A stretch of 64,000 nt of DNA from Thermoproteota archaeon (GTDB taxonomy: Archaea; Korarchaeota; Korarchaeia; Korarchaeales; Korarchaeaceae): positions 544,001 to 608,000 of the forward strand of contig JAOZGC010000002.1 of assembly GCA_027491915.1 (NCBI GenBank), read 5' to 3'. The position numbers were made by a program, and so were the translations under genes. This document shows, in pieces, positions 46,910-57,200 of the stretch. Below the pieces are notes generated by a model, which saw only the letters and a program-made list of their open reading frames with translations, was not told where the DNA came from and ran no database searches. Position 1 is the first letter of the stretch; each line of letters begins with the position of its first letter.

Positions 46910-47524
46910 CTATCCGCGCCCAACCGGCCACCCCGACCCGCGGGCCGCGCAGGGCGTCTCCCAGTCGTTCAGCCTGCAGACCTCGTCCAGCCCCAGCCTC
47001 GGCCTCTGCCTGCCCTCACCGGCCGGCCTCCCCACCGGCAGCACGACCTGCAGGATCAGGTCGTCAGGCGCGCCCGCGGCCGCCGCCACGGCCGCCGGGT
47101 CCGACGGCGTGTAGGTGACCGTGCCCAGGCCGGCCTCCTCCAGGGCCAGCAGTATGTAGCCCACGGCCAGCCAGGTGGACTGGATCGAGTAGGGGGCGCC
47201 CGACTTTGAGAACACCAGCACCAAGACGGGCGCCTCCTCCAGGAAGGGCTTCTCCGGCCCGAAGCCCATGGACAGGAGCCACTCCCTCAGCCCGCCGGAG
47301 ACCCGGGAGTAGAACCTCCTCTCCCCCTCCTCCGCGGCCCTCCTGATCCTCGCCTTCACCTCGGGATCCGTCACGATCAGGAACCTCCAGGGCTGGGAGT
47401 TGGCCCCGGACGGGGCGTGCCTCGCCGCGTCCAGCGCCTTGAGAACGTCCCCGAGGCTCACCCCCTCTCCCGAGAACTCCCTGACGGTTCTCCTCCTGGC
47501 GGCCAGTTCCAGCACCGAGGGCAT
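46910..47524 (-). CDS. Nitroreductase family protein, iodotyrosine-deiodinase-like
   Basis: RRTVREF, APSGANSQPW, EEGERRFY, KPFLEEAP, GLGTVTYTP. Confidence 0.85.
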   Translation of the reverse strand: MPSVLELAARRRTVREFSGEGVSLGDVLKALDAARHAPSGANSQPWRFLIVTDPEVKARIRRAAEEGERRFYSRVSGGLREWLLSMGFGPEKPFLEEAPVLVLVFSKSGAPYSIQSTWLAVGYILLALEEAGLGTVTYTPSDPAAVAAAAGAPDDLILQVVLPVGRPAGEGRQRPRLGLDEVCRLNDWETPCAARGSGWPVGRG

Positions 47525-47646
47525 CCCGGGGGGACGCGCCGCCCGCTTTTATAGCCGCCCGGGCCCGGCGGCCGGGCCGCCGGCCGCCCCGATCCCGACT
47601 CCGGGGACCGGGCGCCCTTAATATGGGGGCCCTCCCCTGGACCCGG

Positions 47647-49521
47647 ATGGTCGGGGAGGAGGGACCAGGGGGGATATCGGAGAACAGGAGACTGGTGCTC
47701 GCGCTGCTCCTGGCGGTCCTGTCCGTCGGGGCGGCCACCGGGGTGCAGAGGACCGTCCTGTCTCTCTACTCCAGCGGCCTGGTGGGGGGTCCAGGCGGCC
47801 CGCTCGCCTACCTCCTGATATACCTCCCCATACTGAGCTTCGGCCTCCTGAAGGGGACCGTGGACCTGGCCGGGGGATGGCTCTCGGACAGGCTCGGCAG
47901 GAGGTGGGCGGCCGTCCTGGGGAGCGGGATCTACCTGGCCGGCGCCGCCGCCGTGGTCTGCGGCCGGGGTCTGGAGACGCTGGTGGCGGCCAACCTGCTG
48001 ATAGGGGGAGGGGAGGGCATGCTCATGGCGGCGGCCATGATAGCCCTCTCGGACGTCGGGACCCCGGGAGAGCAGGCCTTCGGCTTTGGCCTGATGGAGG
48101 GGGCCGTCTACGGGGGGTACGGGGTGGGCTCCGTCCTGGCAGGGTACGTAGCCAGCCTCAGGGGGTACCACGACGCCTTCTGGATCTCCCTCCTGGCGGC
48201 CGCCGCGGCGTTCGCCGCCGCGGCCGGGGCGTCGGACACCAGGTCGGCCGCCTGGAGGAAAAGGGCCGGATCGGGGCCGCGATCGGGATCCGGGGCCGAC
48301 ATGACCACCTTGGAGGTCTACAGGAGGTGCCTGAGGAGTTGGACGCTGAGGGCCGCCTACTTCCTGGGTCACCTGGCCAAGTTCTCCGACGCCCTGATCT
48401 GGGGAGCCTTCCCGCTGTACCTGGCCTCCCTGGGATTCGGGGAGGATACGATAGGGTGGGTTCAGGGGGCGGCAACCTTCTCCTGGGCGGCATCCATGCC
48501 CCTGGCCGGCAGGCTCTCGGACAGGCTGGGCAGGAAGGTCCCGGCGGCCGCCGGCCTGGGACTCAAGGCCCTGGGGATAGCCGGGGTCTACTACGGCGCC
48601 GGCGCCCCGGCGGTCATCGCGTCCGCCGCAGCCATAGGGGTAGGGGTCGGCATGTACTACCCGATAATGCCGGCCATCTCCGCCGACGTGGTCCCCTCCG
48701 GGGTGAGGGGCAGGGCCTTGGGCCTGTACAGGTCCCTGAGGGACTACGGGTACTTCACCGGCGCCCTGGCCCTGGCCCTGATGTCCTCCCTCGGCATGGG
48801 GTACGCCTTCCTCCTGACCGTGGCCCTGCTGGGGGCGGGCGTGCTCGTGGTTGCCCTGGGTGTCAAGGAGACCAGACCCTACTGGCCCGCCTACGAGCAG
48901 GCCGTCAGGCACGCCGAGACGGTCTTCTCCTCCGTCAGGACCCTGAGGAAGATGGTTGAGGCCCACGCCTCCGGGGACAGGGGGGAGGTGGAGAGGCTGG
49001 CCCCCTCTGTCAAGGAGCTGGAGGCCGAGGCCGACGGGATAAGGCTGGTGGTCGACAGGATACTGTGGCTCAGCCCCTTGAAGGGGCAGGATAAGGCCGA
49101 TTTCGCCAGGCTCGTCGCAAGGATGGATAGGATAGCGGCCTACGCCCTCGGTTCGTCCCGGAGGCTCGTCCTCATAGATCCGGCACGCCTGTCGGACGGG
49201 ATCAGGGAGCTCCTAGTGAAATTCGTCAGGGGGCTGGAGCTGGAGGTGGAGACCCTGGTCGGGTCCCTCAGGACCATGGGGGTCGACCTGGAGGGCTCCA
49301 TCGACTCGATAGAGAGGGTTGGGGAGATAGAGAGCGAGCTGGACTCCGTCCACGGGGAGGCCATGGAGGAGCTGGACGAGCACGGGGAGAGGCTGGACGT
49401 CCTTACCCTCCTCAACCTCAGGGACCTGATAGAGTTCATGGAGTACGCCGCCGACGTGGCTGAGGACGCCGCCGACGTCATGAGGGTCATAGTGTTCAAG
49501 CACAGCGCCTGGTCGGCCTAG
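47647..49521 (+). CDS. MFS transporter fused to a C-terminal DUF47/PhoU-like domain
   Basis: Two motif-A copies (GWLSDRLGRR, GRLSDRLGRK), about 12 TM; then ELEAEADGI...MDRIA...ESELD...EYAADVAEDAAD. Confidence 0.85.
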   Translation: MVGEEGPGGISENRRLVLALLLAVLSVGAATGVQRTVLSLYSSGLVGGPGGPLAYLLIYLPILSFGLLKGTVDLAGGWLSDRLGRRWAAVLGSGIYLAGAAAVVCGRGLETLVAANLLIGGGEGMLMAAAMIALSDVGTPGEQAFGFGLMEGAVYGGYGVGSVLAGYVASLRGYHDAFWISLLAAAAAFAAAAGASDTRSAAWRKRAGSGPRSGSGADMTTLEVYRRCLRSWTLRAAYFLGHLAKFSDALIWGAFPLYLASLGFGEDTIGWVQGAATFSWAASMPLAGRLSDRLGRKVPAAAGLGLKALGIAGVYYGAGAPAVIASAAAIGVGVGMYYPIMPAISADVVPSGVRGRALGLYRSLRDYGYFTGALALALMSSLGMGYAFLLTVALLGAGVLVVALGVKETRPYWPAYEQAVRHAETVFSSVRTLRKMVEAHASGDRGEVERLAPSVKELEAEADGIRLVVDRILWLSPLKGQDKADFARLVARMDRIAAYALGSSRRLVLIDPARLSDGIRELLVKFVRGLELEVETLVGSLRTMGVDLEGSIDSIERVGEIESELDSVHGEAMEELDEHGERLDVLTLLNLRDLIEFMEYAADVAEDAADVMRVIVFKHSAWSA

Positions 49522-50704
49522 ACTCGGGGGGCCGCCGACGTCCGGCGGTCCCGGACGGTCCGGGCGCCTCACCGGCGGGCGGCAGTGAGACCACCCTCCT
49601 CCTGCCGACCCTCTCGGAGACCACCAGGCCGAACCTCTCCAGGAGGTCGACGTTCCTCTTGACGGTCTCCGTCGACAGACCCAGCCTGGAGGCCAGCCCC
49701 CTGATGGAGGCCGGACCCTCCCCGGCCAGGGACTCGAGTATCCTCCTCCTGGTCCTGCTCCTGACGGCAGCCCTTAGCAGGGCCCCCTCCCTCCCCCCGG
49801 GGGGGAAGAACATCTTCTCCCCGACCAGGTCCTCCGAGGATAGGAGGCCCTCTCTCTCCAGCACGGAGAGGTGGTAGGCGAGGGTGGACCTGGGCAGCCC
49901 GAGCCTGGAGCTCAGCTCCCCCAGGCTGGCAGCCCCGGCGTCCCTTATCAGGGCGAAGAGCACGGCGCGCGTGGGGTGGGCCAGGGGGCCTGCCTCCGGT
50001 TCCCGCCCAGCCTCCTCCCCCGGTCCCAGCTCCCCCATCCCGAGGCCGGCGAGCAGCGCGGCGGCCCCTCCCAGCCCCAGCCCGGCCGCCAGGGGGGCCA
50101 TCCCCCCTCCGACCGGGGAGACCGAGTCCAGCACCCCCCTGACCAGGCAGGCCGCGCCGGCCGGATCCTCCGAGAGCCACTCGGTCAGGTTGGCGGCGAT
50201 CAGAACGATCTCAGGCCTTCCGCCCACCGACAGTACCGCGGGAAACCCGTTCTCGTAGACGTAGAGCAGCCTGACCCCGTCCGCCGCCACCTCGTACCTC
50301 TCCACCCCAGCGGGGACCGGCACCTCCATCAGCCTGCCCGGGACCTCCCCCCACGGGATGGCTGTCCCCGGGGCCCGATAGACCCCGAGGACCTCTACGT
50401 GGGATCCGCTCGGGATCAGAACCGTTCCGACCTCGGCCAGGACCATCCTCGCCCCCTCCGGGATTCCGCTCAGGCCGGAGAAGGTGACGACCAGGTCTCC
50501 GCCGGGAGATGCGGTCCAGACCACGCCGCAGGTCCCGTTCGAATATCTCAGGGCCTCCAAGATGCCCCGAGGCGGCGACGCCAGGAGAGCCCTCCTGGTC
50601 CCCCCGCCCGGCGGCCAGGACCGACCGACGGCCGCCGATAAGGCCGCCGCGGCGAGGGCGGTCAGCACCGCGCAGGCGGCGATCCTCCTCCCCCTCCCCC
50701 CCAT
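49496..50704 (-). CDS. Membrane-anchored regulator: external domain, TM, two tandem wHTH domains (COG3398-like)
   Basis: N-terminal hydrophobic helix; TM near aa 200; LAHPTR...STLAYHLSVLEREGL and TRRRILE...ETVKRNVDLLERFGLV. Confidence 0.8.
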   Translation of the reverse strand: MGGRGRRIAACAVLTALAAAALSAAVGRSWPPGGGTRRALLASPPRGILEALRYSNGTCGVVWTASPGGDLVVTFSGLSGIPEGARMVLAEVGTVLIPSGSHVEVLGVYRAPGTAIPWGEVPGRLMEVPVPAGVERYEVAADGVRLLYVYENGFPAVLSVGGRPEIVLIAANLTEWLSEDPAGAACLVRGVLDSVSPVGGGMAPLAAGLGLGGAAALLAGLGMGELGPGEEAGREPEAGPLAHPTRAVLFALIRDAGAASLGELSSRLGLPRSTLAYHLSVLEREGLLSSEDLVGEKMFFPPGGREGALLRAAVRSRTRRRILESLAGEGPASIRGLASRLGLSTETVKRNVDLLERFGLVVSERVGRRRVVSLPPAGEAPGPSGTAGRRRPPESRPTRRCA

Positions 50705-50762
50705 GCTCGCCGCCGGACGGGCGGGTCATCGATTTACGCTTTCCCGACCGGGCCGGGTCCAC

Positions 50763-51224
50763 TCACTCCCAGGTGATCCCCCGTATGACCACCAGACCCT
50801 CCCTCTCAAGCCTGAGCAGGGCGGCCGTTATCTCGAACACGCTAACCCCCCACTCCTCTGCCAGCTGGGCGGGGGTGAAGACCGCGTGCTCCGCCAGGTA
50901 GCCCAGGAGCCTGAGCTCCAGCTCCCCCAGGTCGCCCGCCTCGGCGGCCGCGGAGGTGACCCCAACCATCAGCCTGTACCTGGTGGGCACCGACGGGAGG
51001 ACCTCGGAGTGGTAGCTCGACAGGCCGGCGAAGACGCCGGCGAGCGCGGCCAGAGCGGCGGAGACGACCACCTGGACCTCGCTCAGCCAGGACGAGAGGA
51101 CCGCCACAACCATGAGGGACAGGGCCGAGACGGCCAGCCCCATCTCCAGCGCCGCGGCCGTCCTCCTCCTCTTCCTCCTCCTGAGGGCCTCGTCCAACCC
51201 CAGGATTCCCCCTCTCCTCATCAA
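50763..51224 (-). CDS. Two-TM membrane protein with a C-terminal wHTH
   Basis: Two hydrophobic helices; LELRLLGYL...TPAQLAEEWGVSVFEITAALLRLEREGLV. Confidence 0.75.
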   Translation of the reverse strand: MMRRGGILGLDEALRRRKRRRTAAALEMGLAVSALSLMVVAVLSSWLSEVQVVVSAALAALAGVFAGLSSYHSEVLPSVPTRYRLMVGVTSAAAEAGDLGELELRLLGYLAEHAVFTPAQLAEEWGVSVFEITAALLRLEREGLVVIRGITWE

Positions 51225-51226
51225 GG

Positions 51227-54200
51227 CTATCGCCTCCCTCCTCCCGGGAGGAGGGGTATCAGGATCACCTCAAAACCCATGTCCGCGGCGAGGGCGGCCC
51301 CCCTGGCGTCCGACAGGGCCACCCCGCGGACCCCGACCTCTGCGGCGGCCAGCAGGCCGGCCGCCAACTCCAATCCCATGCCCGTCCCCCTCGCGAGCGC
51401 GAGGGCCTCCACGAACCTACCCTCGTCCAAGCCTATCACCTCGACCTCCCCCCCGACGAGGAGTCTCTCCACCATCGGAGCCACGGCCGGGTCTCCCATC
51501 GCCACGGACAGCGTGGCCTCGGACACGGCCGCCCTGAACCCCCCCGTGAGCTCCTCCAGGCCGCCGCCCGAGAGCGCGGCGAACCTCAGGGAGCCGTAGT
51601 CGAGGAGGGTCAGCCTGCCCCCCCTTCTCCTCCTTATGGCCAGCATCAGGAGGGCCGCGGCCGGCAGGGCGAGCGGACCCTCGAACGAGGCCGCCGCCAG
51701 GGAGGACCTGGGTATGGTGACGACGCTGGAGGCCCTCAACCCGTAGGGCGGCAGCTCGGCCACGTTGATCACGTCCCCGGTAAGCCCGGCCGATGCCCTG
51801 GCCCTGAAGGAGACCACCATGACCTCGCCCCCGCCCACGCGGGCCTCCACCCTGACGACCCCGCCGGAGGCCGAGGCCGCCCTGACGAGCGCCCCCTCCA
51901 CCGAGAGCGAGCCCGGCACGACCCTGACACCGCCCGGGAGATTGTCGACCAGGGTCACGTCCGCGGCCCCGTCGCTGCGGACCGTCACGACGTACGATAT
52001 GGCCCCGCCGCCGAGGTAGCTCCCCGCCTTGCTCAGGCTCACGTTGGGTGGCGGGGGGAGGACCCTCAAGGCGCAGTCGGCCGACAGGTTCCCCGCCGTC
52101 ACCGAGTTCACTACCTCCCCGCCCGCCCCCCCGACGACGACGGCCTGGAAGGAGGCCCTGAAGGCCTCTCCCGGGGAGAGCGGCCCCACCCTCCACCTGA
52201 GCGTCCCCGAGGAGTACTCAGCTTCCGGGGAGGCCGTCCCGGCCACGTACCTCAGGTCGGCCGGCAGCCTGTCCTCCACGACGACCTCCCCGGAGGGTCC
52301 GTCCCCGGAGTTCTCCAAGGAGATGGTGAAGGTGACCGCGCTCCCCAGCGCCACACCGCCGGCCGGGCAGGTCTTCCTCAGGGTGAGCCTCGGGGCTGCC
52401 GTGACGTTCGGCCCGCGCGCCGGCCCGGGGGGGTAACCGCCCACTATCCTCACGGCGGCCCTGGCCACCTCTTCCCCGCCGTAAACCACCGTGTTGTAGA
52501 CCACGTCCGTCCCCCTGGGCCTGGCCACCGCCTCGGCCTCGAACTCGACGTCCGCCGCCTCCCCCGGGTCGAGCGGCGGGAGGCTCCAGGTGAGGGAGCC
52601 CCCATCCCGGGCGGGCTCGGCCGGGACGCCGTCGACGGAACCCGACCCCCCGACGTACCTGAGCTCCGGCGGCAGCCTGTCGGTCAGGACGACGCCGGAG
52701 ACCCTGGTCTCCCCGACGTTCTCCACGACTATCCTGAACCCGACCCTATCCCCGACCCCTATAGTCCCGGGACGGGCCTCCTTCGTGAACCTGAGCTCCG
52801 GCGGCCGGGGCCTGACTCCCGGCCGGGGACAGGCCAGGTCCGGCTCCACGACCTCCGCCCCTACCAGCCCTCCTCCCCTCAGCGGGATCTGGGAGCCGGA
52901 AGGGTGGAATGTCACCGTGAAGTTGACCGAGGCGTAGTACCGCGGGAGGTCCGGGGCCGCCGGGTCAGGCCACCAGGATCCCACCCACTCCCCCCCGGGG
53001 GGGACCGGGGCGCCCGGGCTCTCGCACCGGACGAGCCTGGATCCCGCCCCCCCGGGGGGTCCCCCCTCCCAGACGCAGACCCCGTCCAGCTCGTAGTCCA
53101 GCCCGGAGGCCAGGTTCTCGAAGGAGGGCCTGACCAAGTACCCGGACTCGGTTCTGTTCTTCTCCACGCCCGCCGCGGCCGGCCCGACCGCCCTAAGGGA
53201 GGTCACCCTGCCCAGTATGGAGGCCCAGTCCCTCTCGTAGTAGAGGATGGCCGCCGGCAGCCGGGCGGACGCGGTCAGGGTGGCCCTCCCCCTCAGGGTC
53301 GCCGAGCAGGACTGCCCCGCCGAGACCGAACCGATCGTCCAGTTGAGGACCCCGCCGTCGATCGATACGGATCCGCAGCTGGCCGACGCCGACGTCGGCC
53401 TCAGCCAGCCCGGGATCTCCTTGGTGAGGCGGACCCCCCGGAGGTCGCGTGAGAAGTCCAGCCTTATCTCCACCCTGACCACCCCGGGGGACCCGCAGGC
53501 GGCGGAGTAGGACGTCGACTCTGAGGCGGACGCCGGGAAGTCCGCCAGCGACGGGTCCGCCTCGTACCTCCACCTCACCCTCCCCCCGGGCGGGAGCTGC
53601 GGGACGTGCAGCGGGGGGGCGGCGGTCGAGTTCGAGGGGATCGGGTAGTCCGGGTAGATCGAGTAGCCCGACGGGTCCAGGTCCACCCACACGTCGTAAA
53701 CCGGATCCGGGCTCGGGTTGGAGACCGTCAGGAGACCCCAGAGCCTCGACACCTCCGCGGTGCCGTTGGGATAGAGAGTGGCCTCGACGAACTCCCGGGC
53801 CGACAGGTTGATCCCGCCCGGCGGGTCCAGGCCAACCTCGAGCGCCTCCGACAGCTCGTAGTCGGAGGAGCCGCAGGCGGCCGACCCCATCGTGTACCTG
53901 ACCAGCGCGCTGTCGTCCGCCGATCCGGCCGGGCCCAGGTCCACCCTCCACCAGTAGACTCCCCCCGAGCTGCCGGCGTGCGGGGGGTCCTCCCAGGTGA
54001 GGCCCATCCCGTCGGGGATCTCGTCGTAAACCAGGATCCCGACGGCCGGATTATAGGCCCAGTTCGTCACGTTCAGGGTCACGTTGTACTCGCAGGGGGA
54101 CGCCGGCTCGATGGACTTCCTCACCGTCAGGTTGAGGGAGAGCCTCCCCACCCTGACGTCGGGGCCGAACTCCGAGGTCCCGTTGCCCGGGAGGCTGGCC

Positions 54201-57200
54201 GTGGCCGTGACCAGGTCCCCCTCCTCCACCGTCACCGCCGCCCCGGACAGGTTTATCCACCCGGAGAAGTTGCCCGCGGGATCGACCGTCAGGTTCCCCA
54301 GGTAGATCCACCCCTCGCCGTAGAGCTCGCCCGTCCCCGGGTAGTAGTTGCCGGCCAGGTCGTCCCCGCCGACCGACGAGTTAACCAGGAAGACCTCCAC
54401 CCTGGCGCCCGCGAAGTTCGGGGATCCCGCGCCGGCCCCCTCCGAGTTCAGGAACCCCCTCACGTAGAGCAGGTCCCCCTCCAGGCCGGCCACCGATATG
54501 ACCGGGTAGTCCACCCCCCAGTCGGCCGCCGAGGAGTTGAGGAGCCCGTCGTTCTCGGTGACCCCGTCCCCGTCCCCGTCCGAGTTCGGGTCGGCCGACC
54601 CGGCGTCCAGGTCTATCCCGAGGCCCGAGTTGTTGTAGAAAGAGTTCTCCGATATCGTCACGTTCGCCGCGGGGGACTTCACCGTCAGACCGGAGCCGGC
54701 GTTGCCGGCGATCACGTTCCCGCGGACGATCACCCCACCCGAGAAGTTGGGGAAGAAGACGACGCCCACGTCCTCCGGGCTCGGGGCGCCGCCGGAGAAG
54801 CCGTTGTGCCTGACCGTGTTCTCCTCCAGGGAGCCGCCCACCCTGCCCAGCACCTCCATCCCCGCGCCCACCTGGTCCTCGACCAGGTTCCACCTGACCG
54901 TCAGGTTCCTTATCTCCCCGCCGTAGGCTATGGCCAGGATCCCGTCGTAGGTGCTGGTCTGCCCGCTCGTCGGGGCGCCCACGACGTTCTCCTCTATCGT
55001 CACGTCCGAGGCCAGCTGCGCGGACGAGGTCTCCACCCTTATCCCCGAGTTGTCGACCCTGACGTAGTTGTGTCTCACCATCGCCCCGCTGGTGGACCCC
55101 AGGATCCCTATACCGTAGTACGCCCCGGTCGGGGTCGGATCCGAGCCGTTGGCCATCATCCCCACCAGGTTGTCCTGGACCGCCAGGTTGTCCGCCCCGA
55201 CCCCCCTCACGGTCCCCCCGTAGAGGGCCAGCCGGGATATCCCGCAGCGCGCGCCGGTCACCTCCAGGGCGACCGAGTTCCACCCGTCCACCTCGACCTC
55301 CGGCCTGTCGAACGGCCGCACGTGGTGGCCCCAGACGCCCACGTCCCACCCTGAACCCATCCAACCCGGGTTCGAGTCCCTGACCGTTCCGTTCGGCCAG
55401 AACACCGTCCCGTTCAGGGAGGTGTCGTCGTCCGATATCTGTGGGAGCGGTCCCATCGTGGAATTCAGGGCGATGTTCCACCACGCGCCCGAGGCGTCTC
55501 CGGAGTTGGGAGGAGTCGCCATGACGAACCAGCTCCTGTCCGCCCCCGATATGGCATTTGCGTTTTGGAGGAACTGCCTCAGGGTTCCCTGGGCTGTCCT
55601 CGGCGCCGACGGATCCTGATCGGAGTCCGCCGGGTTGACCACCAGGTCGAAGCTGAACCCGAAGTCCAGGCTCTCCCCCCGGTACTTCCCGGCTTCCACC
55701 CGGGAGAAGTGCTCGCACGGGCTTCCGGGCCTCCAGAGCATTAGGTCGTCCACGTAGTACTCCCATCCGCCGTGGACGACCACCCGGTCGAACTCCCCGT
55801 AGGCGGAGTCCGTCGCCCTCACCTCGGCCAGCACGTGGCCTGACTGGTCGAGGACCTGAAAGGCCAGGGTGTGGTTCTCGAAGAAGATCATCCTCCAGAA
55901 GTACCAGGAGTCCTCCGGGGGATCCCAGCTGACCGTGGCCGATATCCTGGTCGGGGAGCCGTCGGTCCTCCTGTCTATCCAGATCTTCCCGGTGTTGTGG
56001 TTCACGGCGAAGGTGTAGCCGTCGAAAGACCCGTTTTCGAGCCCTATCCTGTCTATCGGTCCTCCAGACCAACCGCTCGGCCTGTACACGTATCCCTGGA
56101 GTATGTAGCCCCAGCCCACCGTCTCCCCGAGGAGCTTATATCCGCCGTTGGGGTCGTTGTGCAGGGTCTTCTTCAGGCTGTACCTGCCCCCGTGGGCCTG
56201 CTCGGAGGATCGCACCACCACGCCGGAGAGGTAGTTGTTCCACCCTGACCAGACCTCGAAGTCGTCCCTGAAGGGGACGGTCAGGCTGCAGGCGTCGCTG
56301 ACGGTCGGATCGGCGCCCCCGAACTTCTCCTCCCCGGAGTGGGCCGTCCCGTTCCAGCCGACCTGATAGGTCTGCTCCGCCCAAGTCTCATCCCATGATC
56401 TGCCGGGGTTCAGCCCCCTGGGCGACGTGAGGCTCCTGGAATCCACGGCCACCAGGTAGGTGCGGTTCCCGGCCAGGAAGGAGTATCTCCCGGAGGCTGA
56501 CGTGGACGTCACGTCCACCAGCGCGTCCATGTAGGGGTCGAGCTCCCCGTCCCCGTCGTCCAGGAAGAGGCCGACCCTGGCCCCGCCTATGGGGGAGTCG
56601 GCGGGCCCGTACCCCGACGCGAGGGGCCAGGAGTCCTCGAACACGACGCCCGTCAGGTTGGCCCTGACCTCGAAGGGGGCCTCGCCGACGTTGAAGAAGT
56701 CCGTGTAGTTCACCCCGGTCGGCCTCCCGGGGATGTGTATCAGGCCGTCGTACCTCGGCCCCAGGAGAGAGGAGGTGGAGTCGTTGGCCAGCACCACGAC
56801 CCTCCACACCCCGAGGGGGGCCCCGGGCGGTATGTCGTAGACGTCCGAGTTCGTGAACTCCCCGTCGTTCGCGGCCGGGTCCCCGTGGGTTCCGTCGTCG
56901 TACAGGGGGGCCGAGGCCACGAGGTTACCGGACGGGTCGTAGACCCTGCAGACCACCGACTCCGGGGCGGCGTCCACGGCCGCCCTGACCTCCAGGGGGC
57001 CGTAGGTCTCCACCCCCCGGGGCGCGGTCACGTTGACCCCGAACCCCTCCACCATATCCGCCTCGACCACCGCCGTCGAGTTCGCCCAGGTCAGGTTGTC
57101 CACGTAGGCCCACGTCTTGTAGAGGTCGTCGGAGAAGGTGTGGACGGTGAAGTTGATCCTGACCAGCTCCCCCTCGTAGGCGGAGAGGTCGTACGAGGCG

